64,000 nt of DNA from Eledone cirrhosa (Eukaryota), in assembly GCA_964016885.1 (NCBI GenBank), contig OZ024740.1:81592001-81656000 (forward strand). Direction: 5' to 3'. Position numbers and translations under genes: made by a program. A model generated the notes under the pieces. It did not search any database and had not been told where the DNA came from. It was given only the letters and a program-made list of their open reading frames with translations. Numbering within the stretch: the first letter of the stretch is position 1; each line of letters starts with the position of its first letter. Shown piece after piece: positions 26,201 through 41,717 of this stretch.

Positions 26201-27976
26201 AATCGCAGTATAGGTAAATATATGTGATAAAATGGGGAGAAAAATACTGCTGGTAGCACATGGATAACATGTAATAAAATAAGTCCCTCATCAGTGATTT
26301 GCCGACGGTCATAGATATTTCATTGCATTAAAAATCATATACCTCACGTCGGAGTAATAATAACTAAATTAAGTTATTAGGACAATTAAAACGCGTAAAG
26401 CGAGTGAGACAGGAAAACAACAAAGAGTAGAGCTAACCGTAGAGGAAGGAAACAAACTTCATAGTTATTCTTTTAGCGTAAACTAGGTGAATATATGAGC
26501 GCTTAGAAAAAAGACCTTTCGCGAACGAATGCAATGTAAGAAAGAGAGAAATTGCTTTCGTTACGAACGGGGTGAAGTGAGGAGAGGAGACACAGTGAGT
26601 GAGTGAGTGGAAGTGTGGGGAAGAGTTAACTGACACGACAGAGGGGGCGAAAGAAAGTAGGAGAGACAGAGAGAATGAGGAAGCAGTGAGAGAGAGAGAG
26701 AGAGAAAAAAAAACAGAATCGCAGTATAGGTAAATATATGTGATAAAATGGGGAGAAAAATACTGCTGGTAGCACATGGATAACATGTAATAAAATAAGT
26801 CCCTCATCAGTGATTTGCCGACGATCATAGATATTTCATTGCATTAAAAATCATATACCTCACGTCGGTGCAATAATAACTAAATTAAGTTATTAGGACA
26901 AGTAAAACGCGTATAGCGAGTGAGACAGGAAAACAACAAAGAGGAGAGCTAACCGTAGAGGAAGGAAACAAGCTTCATAGTTATTCTGTTAGCGTAAGCT
27001 AGGTGAATATATGAGCGCTTAGAAAAAAGACCTTTCGCGAACGAATGCAATGTAAGAAAGAGAGAAATTGCTTTCGTTACGAACGGGGTGAAGTGAGGAG
27101 GCGAGAAACAGTGAGTGAGTGAGTGGAAGTGTGAGGAAGAGTTAACTGACACGACAGAGGAGGCGAAAGAAAGTAGGAGAAACGGAGAGAATGAGGGAGC
27201 AGTAAGACAGAGAGAGAAAAAAAAACAGAATCGCAATATAGGTAAATATATGTGATAAAATGGGGAGAAAAATACTGCTGGTAGCACATTGATAACATGT
27301 AATAAAATAAGTCCCTCATCAGTGATTTGCCGACGATCATAGATATTTCATTGCATTAAAAATCATATACCTCACGTCGGGGCAATAATAACTAAATTAA
27401 ATTATTAGGACAATTAACACGCGTAAAGCGAGTGAGACAGGAAAACAACAAAGAGTAGAGCTAACCGTAGAGGAAGGAAACAAGCTTCATAGTTATTCTT
27501 TTAGCGTAAGCTAGGTGAATATATGAGCGCTTAGAAAAAAGACCTTTCGCGAACGAATGCAATGTAAGAAAGAGAGAAATTGCTTTCGTTACGAACGGGG
27601 TGAAGTGAGGAGAGGAGAAACAGTGAGTGAGTGAGTGGAAGTGTGAGGAAGAGTTAACTGACACGACAGAGGGGGCGAAAGAAAGTAGGAGAAACAGAGA
27701 GAATGAGGAAGCAGTAAGAGAGAGAGAGAGAGAAAAAAAAACAGAATCGCTGTATAGGTAAATATATGTGATAAAATGGGGAGAAAAATACTGCTGGTAG
27801 CACATGGATAACATGTAATAAAATAAGTCCCTCATCAGTGATTTGCCGACGATCATAGATATTTCATTGCATTAAAATTCATATACATCACGTCGGTGCA
27901 ATAATAACTAAATTAAGTTATTAGGACAATTAAAACGCGTAAAGCGAGTGAGACAGGAAAACAACAAAGAGTAGAG
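20263..27976. repeat. 6-mer higher-order repeat, 3085 bp period, about 2.5 copies
   Basis: Private variants GGCGTG, AACGGAGAG, AAGCAAGT, GGAAGAC, GAGAGCGAG, ACGGAGTG, AAAGGACC, GACGGTC and CAAACTT repeat at +3085. Confidence 0.92.
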
Positions 27977-30900
27977 CTAACCGTAGAGGAAGGAAACAAG
28001 CTTCATAGTTATTCTGTTAGCGTAAGCTAGGTGAATATATGAGCGCTTAGAAAAAAGACCTTTCGCGAACGAATGCAATGTAAGAAAGAGAGAAATTGCT
28101 TTCGTTACGAACGGGGTGAAGTGAGGAGAGGAGAAACAGTGAGTGAGTGAGTGGAAGTGTGGGGAAGAGTTAACTGACACGACAGAGGGGGCGAAAGAAA
28201 GTAGGAGAAACAGAGAGAATGAGGAAGCAGTAAGAGAGAGAGAGAGAGAAAAATAAACAGAATCGCAGTATAGGTAAATATATGTGATAAAATGGGGAGA
28301 AAAATACTGCCTGTAGCACATGGATAACATGTAATAAAATAAGTCCCTCATCAGGGATTTGCCGACGATCATAGATATTTCATTGCATTAAAAATCATAT
28401 ACCTCACGTCGGTGCAATAATAACTAAATTAAGTTATTAGGACAATTAAAACGCGTAAAGCGAGTGAGACAGGAAAACAACAAAGAGTAGAGCTAACCGT
28501 AGAGGAAGGAAACAAGCTTCATAGTTATTCTGTTAGCGTAAGCTAGGTGAATATATGAGCGCTTAGAAAAAAGACCTTTCGCGAACGAATGCAATGTAAG
28601 AAAGAGAGAAATTGCTTTCGTTACGAACGGGGTGAAGTGAGGAGAGGAGAAACAGTGAGTGAGTGAGTGGAAGTGTGAGGAAGAGTTAACTGACACGACA
28701 GAAGGGGCGAAAGAAAGTAGGAGAATCAGAGAGAATGAGGGAGCAGTAAGAGAGAGAGAGAGAAAAAAAAAACAGAATCGCAGTATAGGTAAATATATGT
28801 GATAAAATAGGGAGAAAAATACTGCTGGTAGCACATGGATAACATGTAATAAAATAAGTCCCTCATCAGTGATTTGCCGACGATCATAGATATTTCATTG
28901 CATTAAAATTCATATACCTCACGTCGGTGCAATAATAACTAAATTAAGTTATTAGGACAATTAAAACGCGTAAAGCGAGTGAGACAGGAAAACAACAAAG
29001 AGTAGAGCTAACCGTAGAGGAAGGAAACAAGCTTCATAGTTATTCTGTTAGCGTAAGCTAGGTGAATATATGAGCGCTTAGAAAAAAGACCTTTCGCGAA
29101 CGAATGCAATGTAAGAAAGAGAGAAATTGCTTTCGTTACGAACGGGGTGAAGTGAGGAGAGGAGAAACAGTGAGTGAGTGAGTGGAAGTGTGGGGAAGAG
29201 TTAACTGACACGACAGAGGGGGCGAAAGAAAGTAGGAGAAACAGAGAGAATGAGGAAGCAGTGAGAGAGAGAGAGAGAGAGAAAAAAACAGAATCGCAGT
29301 ATAGGTAAATATATGTGATAAAATGGGGAGAAATATACTGCTGGTAGCACATGGATAACATGTAATAAAATAAGTCCCTCATCAGGGATTTGCCGACGAT
29401 CATAGATATTTCATTGCATTAAAAATCATATACCTCACGTCGGTGCAATAATAACTAAATTAAGTTATTAGGACAATTAACACGCGTAAAGCGAGTGAGA
29501 CAGGAAAACAACAAAGAGTAGAGCTAACCGTAGAGGAAGGAAACAAGCTTCATAGTTATTCTTTTAGCGTAAGCTAGGTGAATATATGAGCGCTTAGAAA
29601 AAAGACCTTTCGCGAACGAATGCAATGTAAGAAAGAGAGAAATTGCTTTCGTTACGAACGGGGTGAAGTGAGGAGAGGAGAAACAGTGAGTGAGTGAGTG
29701 GAACTGTGAGGAAGAGTTAACTGACACGACAGAGGGGGCGAAAGAAAGTAGGAGAATCAGAGAGAATGAGGGAGCAGTAAGAGAGAGAGAGAGAAAAAAA
29801 AACAGAATCGCAGTATAGGTAAATATATGTGATAAAATAGGGAGAAAAATACTGCTGGTAGCACATGGATAACATGTAATAAAATAAGTCCCTCATCAGT
29901 GATTTGCCGACGATCATAGATATTTCATTGCATTAAAATTCATATACCTCACGTCGGTGCAATAATAACTAAATTAAGTTATTAGGACAATTAAAACGCG
30001 TAAAGCGAGTGAGACAGGAAAACAACAAAGAGTAGAGCTAACCGTAGAGGAAGGAAACAAGCTTCATAGTTATTCTGTTAGCGTAAGCTAGGTGAATATA
30101 TGAGCGCTTAGAAAAAAGACCTTTCGCGAACGAATGCAATGTAAGAAAGAGAGAAATTGCTTTCGTTACGAACGGGGTGAAGTGAGGAGAGGAGAAACAG
30201 TGAGTTAGTGAGTGGAAGTGTGAGGAAGAGTTAACTGACACGACAGAGGGGGCGAAAGAAAGTAGGAGAAACAGAGAGAATGAGGAAGCAGTGAGAGAGA
30301 GAGAGAGAGAAAAAAAAACAGAATCGCAGTATAGGTAAATATAAGTGATAACATGGGGAGAAAAATACTGCTGGTAGAACATGGATAACATGTAATAAAA
30401 TAAGTCCCTCATCAGTGATTTGCCGACGATCATAGATATTTCATTGCATTAAAAATCATATACCTCACGTCGGTGCAATAAAAACTAAATTAAGTTATTA
30501 GGACAATTAAAACACGTAAAGCGAGTGAGACAGGAAAACAACAAAGAGTAGAGCTAACCGTAGAGGAAGGAAACAAGCTTCATAGTTATTCTATTAGCGT
30601 AAGCTAGGTGAATATATGAGCGCTTAGAAAAAAGACCTTTCGCGAACGAATGCAATGTAAGAAAGAGAGAAATTGCTTTCGTTACAAACGGGGTGAAGTG
30701 AGGAGAGGAGAAACTGTGAGTGAGTGAGTGGAAGTGTGAGGAAGAGTTAACTGACACGACAGAAGGGGCGAAAGAAAGTAGGAGAATCAGAGAGAATGAG
30801 GGAGCAGTAAGAGAGAGAGAGAGAAAAAAAAACAGAATCGCAGTATAGGTAAATATATGTGATAAAATGGGGAGAAAAATACTGCTGGTAGCACATGGAT

Positions 30901-32347
30901 AACATGTAATAAAATAAGTCCCTCATCAGGGATTTGCCGACGATCATAGATATTTCATTGCATTAAAAATCATATACCTCACGTCGGTGCAATAATAACT
31001 AAATTAAGTTATTAGGACAATTAACACGCGTAAAGCGAGTGAGACAGGAAAACAACAAAGAGTAGAGCTAACCGTAGAGGAAGGAAACAAGCTTCATAGT
31101 TATTCTTTTAGCGTAAGCTAGGTGAATATATGAGCGCTTAGAAAAAAGACCTTTCGCGAACGAATGCAATGTAAGAAAGAGAGAAATTGCTTTCGTTACG
31201 AACGGGGTGAAGTGAGGAGAGGAGAAACAGTGAGTGAGTGAGTGGAAGTGTGAGGAAGAGTTAACTGACACGACAGAGGGGGCGAAAGAAAGTAGGAGAA
31301 TCAGAGAGAATGAGGGAGCAGTAAGAGAGAGAGAGAGAAAAAAAAACAGAATCGCAGTATAGGTAAATATATGTGATAAAATAGGGAGAAAAATACTGCT
31401 GGTAGCACATGGATAACATGTAATAAAATAAGTCCCTCATCAGTGATTTGCCGACGATCATAGATATTTCATGGCATTAAAATTCATATACCTCACGTCG
31501 GTGCAGTAATTACTAAATTAAGTTATTAGGACAATTAAAACTCCGTAAAGCGAGTGAGACAGGAAAACAACAAAGAGTAGAGCTAACCGTAGAGGAAGGA
31601 AACAAGCTTCATAGTTATTCTGTTAGCGTAAGCTAGGTGAATATATGAGCGCTTAGAAAAAAGACCTTTCGCGAACGAATGCAATGTAAGAAAGAGAGAA
31701 ATTGCTTTCGTTACGAACGGGGTGAAGTGAGGAGAGGAGAAACAATGAGTTAGTGAGTGGAAGTGTGAGGAAGAGTTAACTGACACGACAGAGGGGGCGA
31801 AAGAAAGTAGGAGAAACAGAGAGAATGAGCATGCAGTGAGAGAGAGATAGAGAAAAAAAAACAGAATCGCAGTATAGGTAAATATATGTGATAAAATGGG
31901 GAGAAAAATACTGCTGGTAGCACATGGATAACATGTAATAAAATAAGTCCCTCATCAGGGATTTGCCGACGATCATAGATATTTCATTGCATTAAAAATC
32001 ATATACCTCACGTCGGTGCAATAATAACTAAATTAAGTTATTAGGACAATTAAAACGCATAAAGCGAGTGAGACAGGAAAACAACAAAGAGTAGAGCTAA
32101 CCGTAGAGGAAGGAAACAAGCTTCATAGTTATTCTGTTAGCGTAAGCTAGGTGAATATATGAGCGCTTAGAAAAAAGACCTTTCGCGAACGAATGCAATG
32201 TAAGAAAGAGAGAAATTGCTTTCGTTACGAACGGGGTGAAGTGAGGAGAGGAGAAACAGTGAGTGAGTGAGTGGAAGTGTGGGGAAGAGTTAACTGACAC
32301 GACAGAGGGGGCGAAAGAAAGTAGGAGAAACAGAGAGAATGAGGAAG

Positions 32348-32385
<38 letters not shown>

Positions 32386-33649
32386 TAGAATCGCAGTATA
32401 GGTAAATATATGTGATAAAATGGGGAGAAATATACTGCTGGTAGCACATGGATAACATGTAATAAAATAAGTCCCTCATCAGGGATTTGCCGACGATCAT
32501 AGATATTTCATTGCATTAAAAATCATATACCTCACGTCGGTGCAATAATAACTAAATTAAGTTATTAGGACAATTAACACGCGTAAAGCGAGTGAGACAG
32601 GAAAACAACAAAGAGTAGAGCTAACCGTAGAGGAAGGAAACAAGCTTCATAGTTATTCTTTTAGCGTAAGCTAGGTGAATATATGAGCGCTTAGAAAAAA
32701 GACCTTTCGCGAACGAATGCAATGTAAGAAAGAGAGAAATTGCTTTCGTTACGAACGGGGTGAAGTGAGGAGAGGAGAAACAGTGAGTGAGTGAGTGGAA
32801 CTGTGAGGAAGAGTTAACTGACACGACAGAGGGGGCGAAAGAAAGTAGGAGAATCAGAGAGAATGAGGGAGCAGTAAGAGAGAGAGAGAGAAAAAAAAAC
32901 AGAATCGCAGTATAGGTAAATATATGTGATAAAATAGGGAGAAAAATACTGCTGGTAGCACATGGATAACATGTAATAAAATAAGTCCCTCATCAGTGAT
33001 TTGCCGACGATCATAGATATTTCATTGCATTAAAATTCATATACCTCACGTCGGTGCAATAATAACTAAATTAAGTTATTAGGACAATTAAAACGCGTAA
33101 AGCGAGTGAGACAGGAAAACAACAAAGAGTAGAGCTAACCGTAGAGGAAGGAAACAAGCTTCATAGTTATACTGTTAGCGTAAGCTAGGTGAATATATGA
33201 GCGCTTAGAAAAAATACCTTTCGCGAACGAATGCAATGTAAGAAAGAGAGAAATTGCTTTCGTTACGAACGGGGTGAAGTGAGGAGAGGAGAAACAGTGA
33301 GTTAGTGAGTGGAAGTGTGAGGAAGAGTTAACTGACACGACAGAGGGGGCGAAAGAAAGTAGGAGAATCAGAGAGAATGAGGGAGCAGTAAGAGAGAGAG
33401 AGAGAGAAAAAAAACAGAATCGCAGTATAGGTAAATATATGTGATAAAATAGGGAGAAAAATACTGCTGGTAGCACATGGATAACATGTAATAAAATAAG
33501 TCCCTCATCAGGGATTTGCCGACGATCATAGATATTTCATTGCATTAAAAATCATATACCTCACGTCGGTGCAATAATAACTAAATTAAGTTATTAGGAC
33601 AATTAAAACGCGTAAAGCGAGTGAGACAGGAAAACAACAAAGAGTAGAG

Positions 33650-33900
33650 CTAACCGTAGAGGAAGGAAACAAGCTTCATAGTTATTCTGTTAGCGTAAGC
33701 TAGGTGAATATATGAGCGCTTAGAAAAAAGACCTTTCGCGAACGAATGCAATGTAAGAAAGAGAGAAATTGCTTTCGTTACGAACGGGGTGAAGTGAGGA
33801 GAGGAGAAACAGTGAGTGAGTGAGTGGAAGTGTGGGGAAGAGTTAACTGACACGACAGAGGGGGCGAAAGAAAGTAGGAGAAACAGAGAGAATGAGGAAG

Positions 33901-33954
<54 letters not shown>

Positions 33955-36900
33955 CAGAATCTCAGTATAGGTAAATATATGTGATAAAATGGGGAGAAAT
34001 ATACTGCTGGTAGCACATGGATAACATGTAATAAAATAAGTCCCTCATCAGTGATTTGCCGACGATCATAGATATTTCATTGCATTAAAAATCATATACA
34101 TCACGTCGGTGCAATAATAACTAAATTAAGTTATTAGGACAATTAAAACACGTAAAGCGAGTGAGACAGGAAAACAACAAAGAGTAGAGCTAACCGTAGA
34201 GGAAGGAAACAAGCTTCATAGTTATTCTATTAGCGTAAGCTAGGTGAATATATGAGCGCTTAGAAAAAAGACCTTTCGCGAACGAATGCAATGTAAGAAA
34301 GAGAGAAATTGCTTTCGTTACAAACGGGGTGAAGTGAGGAGAGGAGAAACAGTGAGTGAGTGAGTGGAAGTGTGAGGAAGAGTTAACTGACACGACAGAA
34401 GGGGCGAAAGAAAGTAGGAGAATCAGAGAGAATGAGGGAGCAGTAAGAGAGAGAGAGAGAAAAAAAAACAGAATCGCAGTATAGGTAAATATATGTGATA
34501 AAATGGGGAGAAAAATACTGCTGGTAGCACATGGATAACATGTAATAAAATAAGTCCCTCATCAGGGATTTGCCGACGATCATAGATATTTCATTGCATT
34601 AAAAATCATATACCTCACGTCGGTGCAATAATAACTAAATTAAGTTATTAGGACAATTAACACGCGTAAAGCGAGTGAGACAGGAAAACAACAAAGAGTA
34701 GAGCTAACCGTAGAGGAAGGAAACAAGCTTCATAGTTATTCTTTTAGCGTAAGCTAGGTGAATATATGAGCGCTTAGAAAAAAGACCTTTCGCGAACGAA
34801 TGCAATGTAAGAAAGAGAGAAATTGCTTTCGTTACGAACGGGGTGAAGTGAGGAGAGGAGAAACAGTGAGTGAGTGAGTGGAAGTGTGAGGAAGAGTTAA
34901 CTGACACGACAGAGGGGGCGAAAGAAAGTAGGAGAATCAGAGAGATTGAGGGAGCAGTAAGAGAGAGAGAGAGAAAAAAAAACAGAATCGCAGTATAGGT
35001 AAATATATGTGAAAAAATAGGGAGAAAAATACTGCTGGTAGCACATGGATAACATGTAATAAAATAAGTCCCTCATCAGTGATTTGCCGACGATCATAGA
35101 TATTTCATGGCATTAAAATTCATATACCCCACGTCGGTGCAATAATAACTAAATTAAGTTATTAGGACAATTAAAACTCCGTAAAGCGAGTGAGACAGGA
35201 AAACAACAAAGAGTAGAGCTAACCGTAGAGGAAGGAAACAAGCTTCATAGTTATTCTGTTAGCGTAAGCTAGGTGAATATATGAGCGCTTAGAAAAAAGA
35301 CCTTTCGCGAACGAATGCAATGTAAGAAAGAGAGAAATTGCTTTCGTTACGAACGGGGTGAAGTGAGGAGAGGAGAAACAATGAGTTAGTGAGTGGAAGT
35401 GTGAGGAAGAGTTAACTGACACGACAGAGGGGGCGAAAGAAAGTAGGAGAAACAGAGAGAATGAGCATGCAGTGAGAGAGAGATAGAGAAAAAAAAACAG
35501 AATCGCAGTATAGGTAAATATATGTGATAAAATGGGGAGAAAAATACTGCTGGTAGCACATGGATAACATGTAATAAAATAAGTCCCTCATCAGGGATTT
35601 GCCGACGATCATAGATATTTCATTGCATTAAAAATCATATACCTCACGTCGGTGCAATAATAACTAAATTAAGTTATTAGGACAATTAACACGCGTAAAG
35701 CGAGTGAGTCAGGAAAACAACAAAGAGTAGAGCTAACCGTAGAGGAAGGAAACAAGCTTCATAGTTATTCTTTTAGCGTAAGCTAGGTGTATATATGAGC
35801 GCTTAGAAAAAAGACATTTCGCGAACGAATGCAATGTAAGAAAGAGAGAAATTGCTTTCGTTACGAACGGGGTGAAGTGAGGAGAGGAGAAACAGTGAGT
35901 GAGTGAGTGGAAATGTGGGGAAGAGTTAACTGACACGACAGAGGGGGCTAAAGAAAGTAGGAGAAACAGAGAGAATGAGGAAGCAGTGAGAGAGAGAGAA
36001 AAAAAAAAACAGAATCGCAGTATATGTAAATATATGTGATAAAATGGGGAGAAAAATACTGCTGGTAGCACATGGATAACATGTAATAAAATAAGTCCCT
36101 CATCAGGGATTTGCCGACGATCATAGATATTTCATTGCATTAAAAATCATATACCTCACGTCGGTGCAATAATAACTAAATTAAGTTATTAGGACAATTA
36201 AAACGCGTATAGCGAGTGAGACAGGAAAACAACAAAGAGTAGAGCTAACCGTAAAGGAAGGAAACAAGCTTCATAGTTATTCTGTTAGCGTAAGCTAGGT
36301 GAATATATGAGCGCTTAGAAAAAAGACCTTTCGCGAACGAATGCAATGTAAGAAAGAGAGAAATTGCTTTCGTTACGAACGGGGTGAAGTGAGGAGAGGA
36401 GAAACAGTGAGTGAGTGAGTGGAAGTGTGGGGAAGAGTTAACTGACACGACAGAGGGGGCTAAAGAAAGCAGGAGAAACAGAGAGAATGAGGAAGCAATG
36501 AGAGAGACAGAGAAAAAAAAACAGAATCGCAGTATAGGTAAATATATGTGATAAAATAGGGAGAAAAATACTGCTGGTAGCACATGGATAACATGTAATA
36601 AAATAAGTCCCTCATCAGTGATTTGCCGATGATCATAGATATTTCATTGCATTAAAAATCATATACCTCACGTCGGTGCAATAATAACTAAATTAAGTTA
36701 TTAGGACAATTAACACGCGTAAAGCGAGTGAGACAGGAAAACAACAAAGAGTAGAGCTAACCGTAGAGGAAGGAAACAAGCTTCATAGTTATTCTTTTAG
36801 CGTAAGCTAGGTGAATATATGAGCGCTTAGAAAAAAGACCTTTCGCGAACGAATGCAATGTAAGAAAGAGAGAAATTGCTTTCGTTACGAACGGGGTGAA

Positions 36901-37522
36901 GTGAGGAGAGGAGAAACAGTGAGTGAGTGAGTGGAAGTGTGAGGAAGAGTTAACTGACACGACAGAAGGGGCGAAAGAAAGTAGGAGAATCAGAGAGAAT
37001 GAGGGAGCAGTAAGAGAGAGAGAGAGAAAATAAAAACAGAATCGCAGTATAGGTAAATATATGTGATAAAATAGGGAGAAAAATACTGCTGGTAGCACAT
37101 GGATAACATGTAATAAAATACGTCCCTCATCAGTGATTTGCCGACGATCATAGATATTTCATTGCATTAAAATTCATATACCTCACGTCGGTGCAATAAT
37201 AACTAAATTAAGTTATTAGGACAATTAAAACGCGTAAAGCGAGTGAGACAGGAAAACAACAAGGAGTAGAGCTAACCGTAGAGGAAGGAAACAAGCTTCA
37301 TAGTTATTCTGTTAGCGTAAGCTAGGTGAATATATGAGCGCTTAGAAAAAAGACCTTTCGCGAACGAATGCAATGTAAGAAAGAGAGAAATTGCTTTCGT
37401 TACGAACGGGGTGAAGTGAGGAGAGGAGAAACAGTGAGTGAGTGAGTGGAAGTGTGGGGAAGAGGTAACTGACACGACAGAGGTGGCGAAAGAAAGTAGG
37501 AGAAACAGAGAGAATGAGGAAG

Positions 37523-37564
<42 letters not shown>

Positions 37565-39598
37565 AAAACAGAATCGCAGTATAGGTAAATATATGTGATA
37601 AAATGGGGAGAAAAATACTGCTGGTAGCACATGGATAACATGAAATAAAATAAGTCCCTCATCAGTGATTTGCCGACGATCATAGATATTTCATTGCATT
37701 AAAAATCATATACCTCACGTCGGTGCAATAATAACTAAATTAAGTTATTAGGACAATTAAAACGCGTATAGCGAGTGAGACAGGAAAACAACAAAGAGTA
37801 GAGCTAACCGTAGAGGAAGGAAACAAGCTTCATAATTATTCTGTTAGCGTAAGCTAGGTGAATATATGAGCGCTTAGAAAAAAGACCTTTCGCGAACGAA
37901 TGCAATGTAAGAAAGAGAGAAATTGCTTTCGTTACGAACGGGGTGAAGGGAGGAGAGGAGAAACAGTGAGTGAGTGAGTGGAAGTGTGAGGAAGAGTTAA
38001 CTGACACGACAGAGGAGGCGAAAGAAAGTAGGAGAAACAGAGAGAATGAGGGAGCAGTAAGAGAGAGAGAGAAAAAAAAACAGAATCGCAGTATAGGTAA
38101 ATATATGTGATAAAATGGGGAGAAAAATACTGCTGGTAGCACATGGATAGCATGTAATAAAATAAGTCCCTCATCAGTGATTTGCCGACGATCATAGATA
38201 TTTCATTGCATTAAAAATCATATACCTCACGTCGGTGCAATAATAACTAAATTAAGTTATTAGGACAATTAAAACGCGTAAAGCGAGTGAGACAGGAAAA
38301 CAACAAAGAGTAGAGCTAACCGTAGAGGAAGGAAACAACCTTCATAGTTATTCTTTTAGCGTAAGCTAGGTGAATATATGAGCGCTTAGAAAAAAGACCT
38401 TTCGCGAACGAATGCAATGTAAGAAAGAGAGAAATTGCTTTCGTTACGAACGGGGTGAAGTGAGGAGAGGAGAAACAGTGAGTGAGTGAGTGGAAGTGTG
38501 AGGAAGAGTTAACTGACACGACAGAGGGGGCGAAAGAAAGTAGGAGAATCAGAGAGAATGAGGGAGCAGTAAGAGAGAGAGAGAGAGAAAAAAAAACAGA
38601 ATCGCAGTATAGGTAAATATATGTGATAAAATAGGGAGAAAAATACTGCTGGTAGCACATGGATAACATGTAATAAAATAAGTCCCTCATCAGTGATTTT
38701 CCGACGATCATAGATATTTCATTGCATTAAAATTCATATACCTCACGTCGGTGCAATAATAACTAAATTAAGTTATTAGGACAATTAAAACGCGTAAAGC
38801 GAGTGAGACAGGAAAACAACAAAGAGTAGAGCTAACCGTAGAGGAAGGAAACAAGCTTCATAGTTATTCTGTTAGCGTAAGCTAGGTGAATATATGAGCG
38901 CTTAGAAAAAAGATCTTTCGCGAACGAATGCAATGTAAGAAAGAGAGAAATTGCTTTCGTTACGAACGGGGTGAAGTGAGGAGAGGAGAAACAGTGAGGT
39001 AGTGAGTGGAAGTGTGAGGAAGAGTTAACTGACACGACAGAGGGGGCGAAAGAAAGTAGGAGAAACAGAGAGAATGAGCAAGCAGTGAGAGAGAGAGAGA
39101 GAGAGAGAAAAAAAAACAGAATCGCAGTATAGGTATAAGTGATAAAATGGGGAGAAAAATACTGCTGGTAGAACATGGATAACATGTAATAAAATAAGTC
39201 CCTCATCAGTGATTTGCCGACGATCATAGATATTTCATTGCATTAAAAATCATATACCTCACGTCCGTGCAATAATAACTAAATTAAGTTATTAGGACAA
39301 TTAAAACGCGTAAAGCGAGTGAGACAGTAAAACAACAAAGAGTAGAGCTAACCGTAGAGGAAGGAAACAAGCTTCATAGTTATTCTGTTAGCGTAAGCTA
39401 GGTGAATATATGAGCGCTTAGAAAAAAGACCTTTCGCGAACGAATGCAATGTAAGAAAGAGAGAAATTGCTTTCGTTACGAACGGGGTGAAGTGAGGAGA
39501 GGAGAAACAGTGAGTGAGTGAGTGGAAGTGTGGGGAAGAGTTAACTGACACGACAGAGGGGGCGAAAGAAAGTAGGAGAAACAGAGAGAATAAGGAAG

Positions 39599-39636
<38 letters not shown>

Positions 39637-41661
39637 AACAGAATCGCAGTATAGGTAAATATATGTGATAAAATGGGGAGAAAAATACTGCTGGTAGCAC
39701 ATGGATAACATGTAATAAAATAAGTCCCTCATTAGTGATTTGCCGACGGTCATAGATATTTCATTGCATTAAAAATCATATATCTCACGTCGGTGCAATA
39801 ATAACTAAATTAAGTTATTAGGACAATTAAAACGCGTATAGCGAGTGAGACAGGAAAACAACAAAGAGTAGAGCTAACCGTAGAGGAAGGAAACAAGCTT
39901 CATAGTTATTCTGTTAGCGTAAGCTAGGTGAATATATGAGCGCTTAGAAAAAAGACCTTTCGCGAACGAATGCAATGTAAGAAAGAGAGAAATTGCTTTC
40001 GTTACGAACGGGGTGAAGGGAGGAGAGGAGAAACAGTGAGTGAGTGAGTGGAAGTGTGAGGAAGAGTTAACTGACACGACAGAGGAGGCGAAAGAAAGTA
40101 GGAGAAACAGAGAGAATGAGGGAGCAGTAAGAGAGAGAGAGAGAAAAAAAAACGGAATCGCAGTATAGGTAAATATATGTGATAAAATGGGGAGAAAAAT
40201 ACTGCTGGTAGCACATGGATAACATGTAATAAAATAAGTCCCTCATCAGTGATTTGCCGACGATCATAGATATTTCATTGCATTAAAAATCATATACCTC
40301 ACGTCGGTGCAATAATAACTAAATTAAGTTATTAGGACAATTAAAACGCGTAAAGCGAGTGAGACAGGAAAACAACAAAGAGTAGAGCTAACCGTAGAGG
40401 AAGGAAACAAGCTTCATAGTTATTCTGTTAGCGTAAGCTAGGTGAATATATGAGCGCTTAAAAAAAAGACCTTTCGCGAACGAATGCAATGTAAGAAAGA
40501 GAGAAATTGCTTTCGTTACGAACGGGGTGAAGTGAGGAGAGGAGAAACAGTGAGTGAGTGAGTGGAAGTGTGGGGAAGAGTTAACTGACACGACAGAGGG
40601 GGCGAAAGAAAGTAGGAGAAACAGAGAGAATGAGGAAGCAGTGAGAGAGAGAGAGAAAAAAAAACAGAATCGCAGTATAGGTAAATATATGTGATAAAAT
40701 GGGGAGAAAAATACTGCTGGTAGCACATGGATAACATGTAATAAAATAAGTCCCTCATCAGTGATTTGCCGACGATCATAGATATTTCATTGCATTAAAA
40801 ATCATATACCTCACGTCGGTGCAATAATAACTAAATTAAGTTATTAGGACAATTAAAACGTGTAAAGCGAGTGAGACAGGAAAACAACAAAGAGTAGAGC
40901 TAACCGTAGAGGAAGGAAACAAGCTTCACAGTTATTCTGTTAGCGTAAGCTAGGTGAATATATGAGCGCTTAAAAAAAAGACCTTTCGCGAACGAATGCT
41001 ATGTAAGAAAGAGAGAAATTGCTTTCGTTACGAACGGGGTGAAGTGAGGAGAGGAGAAACAGTGAGTGAGTGAGTGGAAGTGTGGGGAAGAGTTAACTGA
41101 CACGACAGAGGGGGCGAAAGAAAGTAGGAGAAACAGAGAGAATGAGGAAGCAGTGAGAGAGAGAGAGAAAAAAAACAGAATCGCAGTATAGGTAAATATA
41201 TGTGATAAAATGGGGAGAAAAATACTGCTGGTAGCACATGGATAACATGTAATAAAATAAGTCCCTCATCAGTGATTTACCGACGATCATAGATATTTCA
41301 TTGCATTAAAAATCATATACCTCACGTCGGTGCAATAATAACTAAATTAAGTTATTAGGACAATTAAAACGCGTATAGAGAGTGAGACAGGAAAACAACA
41401 AAGAGTAGAGCTAACCGTAGAGGAAGGAAACAAGCTTCATAGTTATTCTGTTAGCGTAAGCTAAGTGAATATATGAGCGCTTAGAAAAAAGACCTTTCGC
41501 GAACGAATGCAATGTAAGAAAGAGAGAAATTGCTTTCGTTACGAACGGGGTGAAGTGAGGAGAGGAGAAACAGTGAGTGAGTGAGTGGAAGTGTGGGGAA
41601 GAGTTAACTGACACGACAGAGGGGGCGAAAGAAAGTAGGAGAAACAGAGAGAATGAGGAAG

Positions 41662-41717
<56 letters not shown>

